Of a DNA stretch of 64,000 nt, positions 18,630-28,406 are shown in pieces. The stretch lies in contig OZ025762.1 of assembly GCA_964019335.1 (NCBI GenBank), positions 62,001-126,000 of the forward strand, written 5' to 3'. The notes beneath the pieces were generated by a model. The model ran no database searches and had not been told where the DNA came from. It saw only the letters and a list, made by a program, of their open reading frames with translations. Within the stretch, counting starts at the first letter, position 1, and every line of letters starts with the position of its first letter. Both the position numbers and the translations under genes were made by a program. Source of the stretch: Diplonema japonicum. Its lineage: Eukaryota > Protista > Euglenozoa: Diplonemea.

Positions 18630-20480
18630 CTAAACGACTGTCAATGGGCACCTTGATCGTTGACTCCCGTGCATGTCTCTCTGTCCCGCAGGAGCATAAC
18701 TCATTCGTGTGTAGAAGGGTAAGCCATGACCGATGCTCAAGTAATGCGGATCACATACAGGACTTGAAGTGCCATCCCGCAGTTCCATTGTCTGACCTGT
18801 ATTACTAACTGAAATGACCTTCATGTCAGGGATCACCTTTAGCTCAATATCCCCATCGCCATTGTCAGGAATGACAGCTTTGTAGGTTTCGTACTTCGGA
18901 AAAAGGCACGCAAAGTGGGTGAGCTCCTCAAAAAGATCCCGCCGCGTCTCGCTTGCATCGTCGTAGACACCGATGTAGGTGCTGATGATGATGTGCAGAA
19001 CCACATCCACGAACACCACCTTCGACACAAACATCCCTGCCAGCGTCTTCGTGATCAGCCTCGCAACGTACAACGGGGTCAGCAAGTTCTTCACCACCGC
19101 CACCCCCTGTGCCTTCAGAGCTATCAGATGGTCAGCCATGTAAATGCCCATTACAAGAAACCCAAGGCCAAGTACCTGCAGGACTGCAGCGACACGTGCA
19201 ATCCGTGTCATCAGCAAGTATGCCTCCTCACGTGTCACCGCCCGAAGCAGCTGTTCAGAGTACACCAAGAACAACCCCATGCTGGCGGTGATGAGGACAG
19301 CCGTGACCATCACAGGAACCGTCCCCACCACCACAAGAAGAAGGGCCATGACGCACATCACAATGGGAAGTGCCGAGGCCTGCAAGATGATCAGCATCCA
19401 CGAGGTCACACGGACACCAGGGAACATCAGCTTCGACATCTTCAAACCGCCCTGAAGACCAAGCATCAGGCCCAGAACACCAGGGGCAAGTGACTTCAGT
19501 GCTTCTACAGCACCCACGAGGAAGGGGAGGTAGATGATGTATCTCAAGAGGAGGCCCACAAAAGTCAGTACGAACTGGGACAACGATGTATCCCCACTGG
19601 CGGTGTCAATGAGCTGGAGACTGCCCGTTACTGTGCTCGTCATGTCTTCAATGTGCTCGCTGCACACTTCCTTGACATCCACAGTCTTACCGTCAAGCTG
19701 CAGCTCAACTCCGATGACGGCGTAGACCTTGTTGATGACCTTGAGGCTGTACATGCACAAACCCTGGACCTTCTCCTTGGGGGAGACGATGTCCATCCAG
19801 GGGACGAAGAAGTAGATGAAAGGGAGGAAGAAGACAAGGAACCAGCCGAAGGAGACAAGGCGGATGCTTCGTGTATATGATGACCACCTCCAGGCGGAGG
19901 CGGAGTAGAAGACGATGGCGATGATGGTTTGAACAAATGGGAGGAACTGAAGCAGCTGCTCCTTGGCCCTTTCCCTCATTTGATACGAGTCATCCGAGAC
20001 ATTGCTCTTTTCAGCTGCTACACCGAAGGCATCCTCGTTGTTCAAAGTTACGATGTCAATGACAAGGACTATCAGGTAGAGAAGCACGCTGGTGTTAAGC
20101 TGCGACCGCCGCCAGGCGAGGTACGTCTGTGAGATAAGAGGAATATCTGTGCCAAATACAGCAGCCGTCATGTCGTACTCAGAAGTCTCAACGATCACCT
20201 CGCTAAGATCTGTCTTCATGAGCCTGCTGGGTCTGGGCACCTGTAACTTTAGATTGTCTAAGAAAGCTGCAGGGTAGAGAGTTCCATTGAAGTAGCACAG
20301 ATACACCAGCAGCGTGGTAACACCAATCAGGAAAACTCCTAGAAAGATGTAACCAAGATACGACAGCGCGGCCTTATCGATATAAATATCTGGTGTGGGT
20401 GTTGTCTCCTGCTGTGCAGCCCCCAAGCCCGCGAACAAGCACACCACTACAACAATCACGTCCCACGGCGCAATGCGCAT
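18630..20480 (-). CDS. Multipass membrane protein, unnamed family, copy 1 (616 aa)
   Basis: Signal peptide, many hydrophobic helices, family motifs YLAWRRSQLN and GLQGGLKMSKLMFPG; upstream TTTTCCAG acceptor 7 nt before the ATG. Confidence 0.9.
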   Translation of the reverse strand: MRIAPWDVIVVVVCLFAGLGAAQQETTPTPDIYIDKAALSYLGYIFLGVFLIGVTTLLVYLCYFNGTLYPAAFLDNLKLQVPRPSRLMKTDLSEVIVETSEYDMTAAVFGTDIPLISQTYLAWRRSQLNTSVLLYLIVLVIDIVTLNNEDAFGVAAEKSNVSDDSYQMRERAKEQLLQFLPFVQTIIAIVFYSASAWRWSSYTRSIRLVSFGWFLVFFLPFIYFFVPWMDIVSPKEKVQGLCMYSLKVINKVYAVIGVELQLDGKTVDVKEVCSEHIEDMTSTVTGSLQLIDTASGDTSLSQFVLTFVGLLLRYIIYLPFLVGAVEALKSLAPGVLGLMLGLQGGLKMSKLMFPGVRVTSWMLIILQASALPIVMCVMALLLVVVGTVPVMVTAVLITASMGLFLVYSEQLLRAVTREEAYLLMTRIARVAAVLQVLGLGFLVMGIYMADHLIALKAQGVAVVKNLLTPLYVARLITKTLAGMFVSKVVFVDVVLHIIISTYIGVYDDASETRRDLFEELTHFACLFPKYETYKAVIPDNGDGDIELKVIPDMKVISVSNTGQTMELRDGTSSPVCDPHYLSIGHGLPFYTRMSYAPAGQRDMHGSQRSRCPLTVV

Positions 20481-21326
20481 GTTGTAACTGGAAAATGGTT
20501 AAAATCAAGAAATAAGATAATAGAAAGTACGTTTGAAAGCGTCATAAGAAAAAAGACGAAGAACCAAAAGGCTATATCTCCACCACCTCGAATACCCTCC
20601 TCTCCTAAATCGTGCTGTCGCTACGTTTAATCGCCTTGCGGAGAAAAACGTCGACAGGTCAAAAATAGGAGAAATACAAGAGAAAACAACGAGGGGGCTA
20701 AGATGAAACCAGGGAAAACAAACATGACAAGACGGAGCGGGGCTTACGTCTTCGTTTCTTTTTTCTTTTAATCCTTTTTTAAATCTCATTTCTTCTTCTT
20801 TTCTTTTTTTGAGTCGTTTTCTTCTTTCTCCCTCCCCTCACCTGCTTCTTCTTTTCTTTCTTTTTCACTTCTCTTCTTTTTCAACTCCCGTTCGAACCCA
20901 TCTCCCTGCTGTCGCAGCAGACGAAAAACATGGAAAAGGAAAGATTGGAACGGAAAGAACAAGGAGAACATTAAAGGAGCACATGCAAAGTGCCTTTTCC
21001 AAAAAAAGGAAGAAGAAAAGGGGGGAGGAAAAAAGAAAAAGGAGTTACGACAGAGGGTAAGAAAAGAAACAATAAAGAGAGAGAGAGAGAGACGGGAAAA
21101 GGGAGAAGGAGAGTAGGGAGGAAGTCAGCGTCTTATTAAAGCAAGATTCATTTTCTCGTGGAAGTGAACCCAAAGAGAAAAAGAGGGCAACAAACACAAA
21201 AAATATTCCGACTTTTTCGATTCCAAAACCACGAAGCACAAACAAGAATGAGAAAGAATCAGTTTTCTTTTTTTAAAACTACCCTTCCTTCTTACCACCC
21301 CCCTCCAGTGAAACGTGATCTCTTCT

Positions 21327-23516
21327 CTAGTTGGGCTTTGAAAAGACAACATAGTGGACGCTGAGGGGTGGCATGCTGACGGGGATGTCCACGGAGTAGT
21401 CCCTGTTGAGGGTGAAGGAGGTGGGGGGACTCTGACCGTCGATGGAGACGAGGGTAGTGGTGGTGAGCCCCGTGTAGTAGAGGGGGACGTTCACGTTGGC
21501 TGTGAGGGAGGAGTCAGTGGGGTTGAAGACCATGGCGAGCCCCACCTCGGCGGTGGCGGAGTAAGGGTTCACATGGAGGAAGGCGTCCCAGGACTGCATG
21601 GAGGGCCTGCGGATGTGGACGACGGGCTGGATGAGGGTCTGCCTGTGTGCCTTGTACATCCCGATCCACTTCTGGAGGACCGCCTTCATGGAGTCGGTGG
21701 TGTAGGGGACGTCCCCTCGGTAGCATGCGGCGGTCCCCGCCCCGAGGTACTGCGCCAGCCCCCACTCGTACTCCAGCTGGTGGGCTTGGAACTCAGCGGC
21801 GGTTCCCCCTGCGTGGTACTGCGTGATGGGGAGGAACATCCACCCCTGCGTCGGGAGGTGCACGTACAGGTCGTCGTAGAGCCCCATCCGCGACACCGAG
21901 AGGTCCCTCCAGCGCGGGAGGGAGTACTGCTGCTCGTCGTAGCCCATCCCCGTGCGCGACCCCCCTTGGAAGAAGTAGTCGTCTGGCTGGTTCACGTACA
22001 CCCCGAGACGGCGCATCTCCTGGTAGAAGGTGTTCTGCAGGACCGTTTGCTTGTACACGCTGTCGTCGAGGTTGTGGTGGTGCGCGTGCGAGGTCGACCC
22101 GCAGGTCTCCCCGCCGTACGGCCCGTCCGTCTCCAGCATCGACAGCCCCGTGCTGTTCAGGAACCCCTTCGCCTTCCCGAACAGGTCGTCGTACCAGCCG
22201 GACGCGAAGCACGCGTCCCCCGTGTTCCCCACCGCCTGGTACTCCTTCGGCACGCTCCCACCACGGTCCAAGCAAATCAGGTCGTAGCCCCCGACCTCGA
22301 TCCCCTTCGCGTTCGCGTACTGCACCAGGCTCTTCACCTCCGCCAGGTAAGACGGGTTCGTGCTCTCCAAATTGAACCCGGACCCGAAGGAGAAGATGAA
22401 CATCTCGAACCCGACCTCCGCCATCTGATCCACCGCCTTCTTAAACCCCGTCGGGTCGCTGTGCGTGCAGTGGAAGAAGATCGGGTTCTCCGTCGTGTGC
22501 GGGGCGAGCATCTGCGTCACCCGGTGCCTCGACAGGGTGTGTCGCTCCAGCTCCTCCGAGTCCGTCACCAGCAGGAAGGCCTTGAAGGAGGCAAAGGTCT
22601 CGGTCGGGGAGACCACCGCCCCCGGGCCCCGCGTGTACGAGCAGTTCAGGTAGGGCTCCACCGCCCCCTCGTCTTTGCACGACGCGCACCCCGGGATGTT
22701 GTCCACGCTGTTCGGGTAGTCGTCCTCCCACGTGCACGCCGAGCTGTGCGCCTGGTCCGTCTTCGCGTGCAGGAGCGAGTTCGGGGTCCCCGCCTGCACT
22801 GCCCCTTCCCCGTCCGCCCCGGGAACGAACGACCCGTGCGTGAAGTACTTCCCCCACCGCGGCATCACCCCGAGGAACTCCACCGCCGCCGCCTGCACCT
22901 GCGTCGTGTCCCCGAGCGACCGGATCGTCATCCACTTCTCCAGGAGCGGGATCCCCTGCAGAACCTGGTAGTGCAGCGTCACCTCCACCTGCGGCGCCCC
23001 CGGGGGCGGGTGGAACACCACCGACAGAGTCACCCCCTTCGGCGGCCAGCTGTACACCGTGCTCGAGTGCCGCGTCCCCGGCGTCCACGGGAAGGGCGCC
23101 GCAGGGGTCGACACGCTGTGGTTCACGTAGCGGAACGCCCCGCTGTCTGCCTTCAGCGCCAGCCCGCTCCGGTTGCAGTAGGCGAGAAACCCGTCCACCT
23201 GCTGCAGGCCCCCGATCATGTACTCCTTCCCGTCCAGCCACACACTCCCCTCCGGGTGCACCGACCGGAACAGCGACTGTTCCCCGCCGTACTTGCTCGT
23301 CGCGTTCAGAGACACGTCCACCGTCCCGAACGCGGGCGTTGTCACGAACCGCCGCGTCACAAGCCCGTTCCCGATCACCAGCCCGCCCCCCGTTGTCCCC
23401 CGAACGTACGCGGGGTCCTTCACCATCTCCACCAGCCAGTCCTCCTTCCGGTCCCCGAGCACCACTCCCAGGGAACAACAGGCTGTCACCACCGCAACAA
23501 GCTGAAGGCGCCGCAT
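21327..23516 (-). CDS. Secreted glycoside hydrolase-like protein (alpha-galactosidase/GH36-like barrel, tentative)
   Basis: Signal peptide and 729-aa ORF. Motifs TENPIFFH, EVGFEMFIFSFGSGFN, GIEVGGY, ETDGPYGG, MGYDE..YSLPR and GWMFLP resemble a bacterial-type alpha-galactosidase-like family as I recall it. Confidence 0.65.
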   Translation of the reverse strand: MRRLQLVAVVTACCSLGVVLGDRKEDWLVEMVKDPAYVRGTTGGGLVIGNGLVTRRFVTTPAFGTVDVSLNATSKYGGEQSLFRSVHPEGSVWLDGKEYMIGGLQQVDGFLAYCNRSGLALKADSGAFRYVNHSVSTPAAPFPWTPGTRHSSTVYSWPPKGVTLSVVFHPPPGAPQVEVTLHYQVLQGIPLLEKWMTIRSLGDTTQVQAAAVEFLGVMPRWGKYFTHGSFVPGADGEGAVQAGTPNSLLHAKTDQAHSSACTWEDDYPNSVDNIPGCASCKDEGAVEPYLNCSYTRGPGAVVSPTETFASFKAFLLVTDSEELERHTLSRHRVTQMLAPHTTENPIFFHCTHSDPTGFKKAVDQMAEVGFEMFIFSFGSGFNLESTNPSYLAEVKSLVQYANAKGIEVGGYDLICLDRGGSVPKEYQAVGNTGDACFASGWYDDLFGKAKGFLNSTGLSMLETDGPYGGETCGSTSHAHHHNLDDSVYKQTVLQNTFYQEMRRLGVYVNQPDDYFFQGGSRTGMGYDEQQYSLPRWRDLSVSRMGLYDDLYVHLPTQGWMFLPITQYHAGGTAAEFQAHQLEYEWGLAQYLGAGTAACYRGDVPYTTDSMKAVLQKWIGMYKAHRQTLIQPVVHIRRPSMQSWDAFLHVNPYSATAEVGLAMVFNPTDSSLTANVNVPLYYTGLTTTTLVSIDGQSPPTSFTLNRDYSVDIPVSMPPLSVHYVVFSKPN

Positions 23517-24213
23517 CTTCCTTTTTTATTTAATTCTCCTTTTAGGAACAGAAAGTAAGGTTTTGGTGTAGCTGTGAGTGCGTATGTGTACTGAAGATCT
23601 AACCTGAAATTGAATAAAGAAGTAAAGAAAAGAGAGAAAGAGGAAAGAGAGAACCTTTTCTGGGTAAGTGTGAGTAAGGTGAGGGACTCCTGAAAAATAG
23701 TATGGTCAATGATTTCGCTGTTGTCACAACTTCGTATCAAGCAGAAAGTTAGCTTCATTGTGTCGAGAGAAACAATATCGTGTCTCCAGAAACAATTTAT
23801 GGTATTTTCTTTCCTTCGGCAAAAAAGAAAAAGCAAAAAAAAACACTAAAATAGCTACGTACTTTGTATTACTTGCCTACCTGTCGCAGAAGAAGTCAAA
23901 AGCTGACCCTAGTGCCCCAGGTAGCCGTAACAAAAGCTTCTTTTTTGCAAACGGGATACTGCACGTCTGGGCTTACGAAAGAACTAAGTGGGCTCAAATC
24001 GCGTCTGAGCTGCGCTGCTGCTTCCGGGGTCCTTTCACGATCTCGGATTACACATTCTGGGGCACTTGTATCGGTAGGTGCAGCTACTTTTTGCATATAT
24101 TGAATAAAATATAGCAGCAAAAATTGAAAAATAATATTATTCACCCAATTTGAACAAGAATAGACAGAATTTCAAAAAAAGAAGAAAACAGAAAACTATG
24201 CAGAAACCTTCCA

Positions 24214-25680
24214 TTATACATCCACGAACTGGTACCCTGCAAGAGACAACACACTCCTCGTGAACCACTTACCCAGACCAGAGGTGGGAGCAGAGGAAGA
24301 GGGAGCAGTAGCAACAGGACTGACAGGTCTCGTTGGTGGGAAACAAGGAGAAGGGTCGCCCAGGAGGCTACTGTACTTGATGACAACATCGTGCTGCACG
24401 ATCCCTTCCATGTTGTGGCGCTTGCCAGCCTCCGTGTTCGTCATGACACTGAGGAGCTCATCAAGGTCGTGCTCCTGCTCCGAGCTGAGCGCAAGCCCCC
24501 CGACAAGCTCATTGAGCAGCCTGCCAAGCAGCCACACATCCACCTTCTGGTCGTAGTTCTCGGTGAAGACCTCTGGCGCTGCAAAGGCAGGGTTCCCCAC
24601 CTTGCTCATATACTGTTGGTCGTTGCAGCGATGCAACCCGAAGTCGCACAGCACGACACTTCTGAAGTCGTCTGCCAGGAGCACGTTGTCGACGCTGATA
24701 TCCCTGTGCAGATTGTTCTTACCGTAGATCTCGAACGTGGCGACCGCCACCTGCATGAAGTACAGCATCGCCTGCTCAAAGCTGCCGCACTTATACGTCC
24801 TCAGCGTCCCGTTACCGTGCCACGGTAGTATTAGCAGGCAGTCCTCCGCGCACCCCCCCAGGTTCTTTGTCGTGAACCGCACAACATCCAGCAGTTTGAT
24901 GATGTAATCGGCGTCTTCGTACAGCTTCAGGGCCGCCGCCTCCCGCTTCACGGTCTCGAGGTACGGGTTCATCAGGTCGTCGCTTTCCAGAGGGATCTTC
25001 ACCGCGACGTGGCCATGCTGCTCCGAGTACCCCTTGTAGATAGACGCGCAGCCTCCGCGTGCGAAATGGAACGTCCCCACTCCCTCGGGGTCCTCTCGTA
25101 TGAGGTAAGTGTTCCCTGTCCCGTCGTCCATCTCGTGGCTGCACAGCTTAATTCCTTGATCTTTCAGGTTCTCCACCCGTTCCAACAGCAAGCTCCCTGC
25201 CTGAGTTCGCACGACTGCCACCGCTGCCCCATTCCCTATGTCGAACCCAATGGGCTCCTCTACCAGAAACCTCTTTCCGACCAATGTGATCCCGCTGTGC
25301 GAGTGCAGCGCAGCGACCCGTCCCAATGAAGCGAGAATGTCCCGCTGCATCGCTGCCGTCCCCGTCATCTTCTTTAAGACGTCAAACGCCCTCCTGTACG
25401 CTTCGAACCCCTCTTTGAGGAGGATGTCAAACGTCACATCCACCTCTCGTAAATCTCCCTCGGTGTCCTCCACCACCCTCCATGCCGCCTCTAGATTTTC
25501 CCGTACCTTCGTCCCGTCTATCTCTCCTCTGTCCTCCATCCCGTCGGAGGTCCCGAGGAGCAACACTTTGGCTGCATGCGAGAGCTGCGGGTTCTGAATT
25601 AGCTCCTTAAACATGTTCCCCGCCTCGCTTTCCTTACACCCTAGGACTGCATCCCGCACCTGCTGAAGAGGCCCTGCCAT
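24214..25680 (-). CDS. Ser/Thr protein kinase with N-terminal extension
   Basis: ARGGCASIY, VAVK, HRDISVDNVLL, DFG, APE and DVW motifs are intact. Confidence 0.9.
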   Translation of the reverse strand: MAGPLQQVRDAVLGCKESEAGNMFKELIQNPQLSHAAKVLLLGTSDGMEDRGEIDGTKVRENLEAAWRVVEDTEGDLREVDVTFDILLKEGFEAYRRAFDVLKKMTGTAAMQRDILASLGRVAALHSHSGITLVGKRFLVEEPIGFDIGNGAAVAVVRTQAGSLLLERVENLKDQGIKLCSHEMDDGTGNTYLIREDPEGVGTFHFARGGCASIYKGYSEQHGHVAVKIPLESDDLMNPYLETVKREAAALKLYEDADYIIKLLDVVRFTTKNLGGCAEDCLLILPWHGNGTLRTYKCGSFEQAMLYFMQVAVATFEIYGKNNLHRDISVDNVLLADDFRSVVLCDFGLHRCNDQQYMSKVGNPAFAAPEVFTENYDQKVDVWLLGRLLNELVGGLALSSEQEHDLDELLSVMTNTEAGKRHNMEGIVQHDVVIKYSSLLGDPSPCFPPTRPVSPVATAPSSSAPTSGLGKWFTRSVLSLAGYQFVDV

Positions 25681-25829
25681 AGTGCGGTATCCTGTGGGTT
25701 GTGCTTGTAATATATTTTAAAGCAGTGAAAAAAAAACTCAAATTAACATGCTAACTCCTAAAAGCCGCATGCCCTAAAAAGGGAGGGGGGTATGGTTAGT
25801 ACTAGGTATCTCTCAGTTTCTATCTAATC

Positions 25830-25924
25830 TTGCGACTCCTCCAAGTGCTGATCTCTTCAGGCAGTAGCACCCTTCATTGGCTCCCACTAGCGTCCCAGCA
25901 GGTATGGAGAGTACTTTTCCCGAC
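25830..25924. repeat. Dispersed ~95-bp repeat; second copy at ~52824-52910
   Basis: Shared GCACCCTTCA(T/A)TGGCTCC(C/T)ACTAGCGTCCCAGCAGGT...GGAGAGTACTTTTCCCGA. Confidence 0.75.
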
Positions 25925-26370
25925 CACAATAAAAAAAAGAAGAAGAGCCTATTAAATAACTTCAGAAGGTCACCCGAGTATACTGCCCTCGTCCTCCTTC
26001 ATGCTTGAAAGGATAGCAGCTTCATCACCTCGATATGACCCAACACGCTGCATGGTGCAAGGTGTTTTCCCCAGTTGTCCTGTACATTTGGACTTTGCTT
26101 GTATTCGTCAACCAACTCCGTTCTATCACATCGACATGATCCCCAGATGCCCAGAAACGTCGAAACGGACGCAGTTAAACGCCCTACCAGGACGGAATCA
26201 ATGGGAAAAGAAGAAGATGGAAGAAGAAAAAAAAAGAGAGGAAAATAGAGCTTTTTAAAGTGGACGTATCCCTTCTGCCAGCAGTCTGCCGTCATACAAG
26301 GTTCTCACCTCCATGCATGCCGAGGAGTGGGTGGTGACGGACCCAGCACAAACACCCTCCCTTTTATCTT

Positions 26371-28012
26371 TCAAGAAATACTACAACCCCGCTTCTCTTG
26401 TTTCTTTGCAGCCTGCAACACTGTCACGATATTCGTATGCCCTTCTATTTCCGCGAAGCTCATGGGTGTCGTGCCACCTCTTGTCTTCAATCTTGGACTT
26501 TGTTCGTAACTATTGATCAAAAGTTTCACTACTTCGACATGACCAAAAGCTGCCGCAAAATGCAAGGGTGCCATTCCATTGTTGTTCTGTACACTTGGAC
26601 TTTGCTTGTAATCGTCAATCAACAGTTTTATTACATCGATATGACCCTCAGATGCCGCAACGTGCAAAAGTGTCGTTCCGTTGTTGTCCTGTACACTAGG
26701 ACTTTGCTTGTAATCGTCAATCAACAGCTTAATCGCTTCAACATGACCTCCATGTACCACATGGTGCAAGGGTGTCAATCCATTTGGACTTTGCTTGTAA
26801 TCGTCGATCAACAGTTTATCACATCGACACGACCCTCAGATGCCTGAGATACATGCAAAAGTGTCCTTTTGTAGGTGTCCTGTACACTTGGGCTTTGTTT
26901 GTAACCATCGACGAACAGCTTAATCGCTCAACATGACCTCCATAAATCGCATGGTGCAAGGGTGTCAATCCCACGTTGTCCTGAGATGCTGCAAGGTGCA
27001 AGGGTGTCAATCCCCTGTTGTCCTGTACACTTGGATTTTGTTTATAATCATTGATCAACAGCTTCATCGCTTCGACATGACCATTATATACCGCATGGTG
27101 CAAGGGTGTTCTTCCGTCGTGGTCCTGTACATTTGGAGATTGCTTGGAACTGTCAACCAACAGCTTAATCACCTCAACACGACCCTCACGTGCCGCATAG
27201 TGCAAAGGTGTGCGTTCACCGTTGTCTTGTACATTTGGACTTTGCTTGTAATCGTCAACCATCAGCTTAATCACATCGACATGACTACCAGATGCTGCAT
27301 GGTGCAAGAGTGTGCCTCCGTAGTTGTCCTTTACATTTGGAGATTGTTCGTAACCATCGATCAACAGCTTAATCGCTTCGGCCCGACCCTTACCTGCTGC
27401 ATCGTGCAAAGGTGTTCGCCCATCGTTGTTTCGTACATTTGGACTTTGCTTGTAATCGTCAATCAACAGCTTGATCGCTTCAACATCTCCTTCATGTGCT
27501 GCATCGTGCAAGGGTGTCATTCCCGCGTTGTCCTGTACACTTGGACTTTGCTTGTAATCGTCAATCAACAGTTTTATCACATTGACACAACCCTCAGATG
27601 CCTCAGTTACTGCATAGTGCAAAGGTGTTCTTCCGTAGTTGTCCCGCACACTTGGGCTCTGTTCGTACTTATCGATCAACAGCTTGACCACATTTGTTCG
27701 GCCGCCTGCTGCTGCTAAGTGCAAGGGTGTTATCTTGCCAGAGTGGCTTGCAACACCAGGGTTCTGCTTCAGTGAGAGCAGCAACTCAACTGCTTCAAGG
27801 TGTCCACCTGTAGCTGCATAATGCAGAGGTGTGTAACCATCATTGGTGGTGACCCCTGGGTCCTTCTTTTCTACTCTAAGCAACTTCTCCATCATCCCAA
27901 CATCGCCTAACCAAGCAGCTTTGAATAAAGGTGTCATCCAGTTGTATTCTTGAAGTACAGGAGTTGTTGGGCGTGCCTCCATCCCATGACTGAGCACTCC
28001 CTGATGCTCCAT
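26371..28012 (-). pseudogene. Ankyrin-repeat gene (34-aa/102-bp repeats) with frameshifts and partial-repeat deletions in its 3' half
   Basis: Repeats of G.TPLH.AA..G....IKLLIDDYKQSP.VQDN. The frame is lost near 26925 and resumes as ORF 26371..26811. A further degenerate repeat lies at ~26000-26150. Confidence 0.8.
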
Positions 28013-28406
28013 GCCCGTGTTGTGTGTTTCTTTTGTGGTCGTGAGAGGGGGGGGGGGGGTGACAAGGTGGGAAGGAATAGAAAAGGATTCGAAAGAAACG
28101 TGCTGCTGCTGGAGAAAAGAAAGGTGGAAGAAGAGCTATGAACCGAAGTATTGACTCCTGCGAACGGGGGAAAGCAGAAACAGCCAACCCTTGAGGCTCT
28201 TCTCTTTTCTTTTTTTAAAGCTTAGGGTTAAACCGAGACAGGTACCTGGAGGTGGCCTCGTGACGGGAAAGTCGTTTCTGCTTCGGTGTGAGATCCCCTT
28301 TTCTGGAGGCCTCGTACAGACTCCTATCTACTTCTGTTGAATGGCTGTCATCCGCCATTTCTTCTCATGCACTCTCTTTAAATAAGGGGTATCTACAGGA
28401 GGAACC

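Noticed and set aside
21354-23558. 734-aa plus-strand ORF (and the 345-aa alternative-frame ORF at 22441..23478)
   Set aside because: Shadow frames of a GC3-rich gene; composition is V/R/P/H-rich with no motifs.
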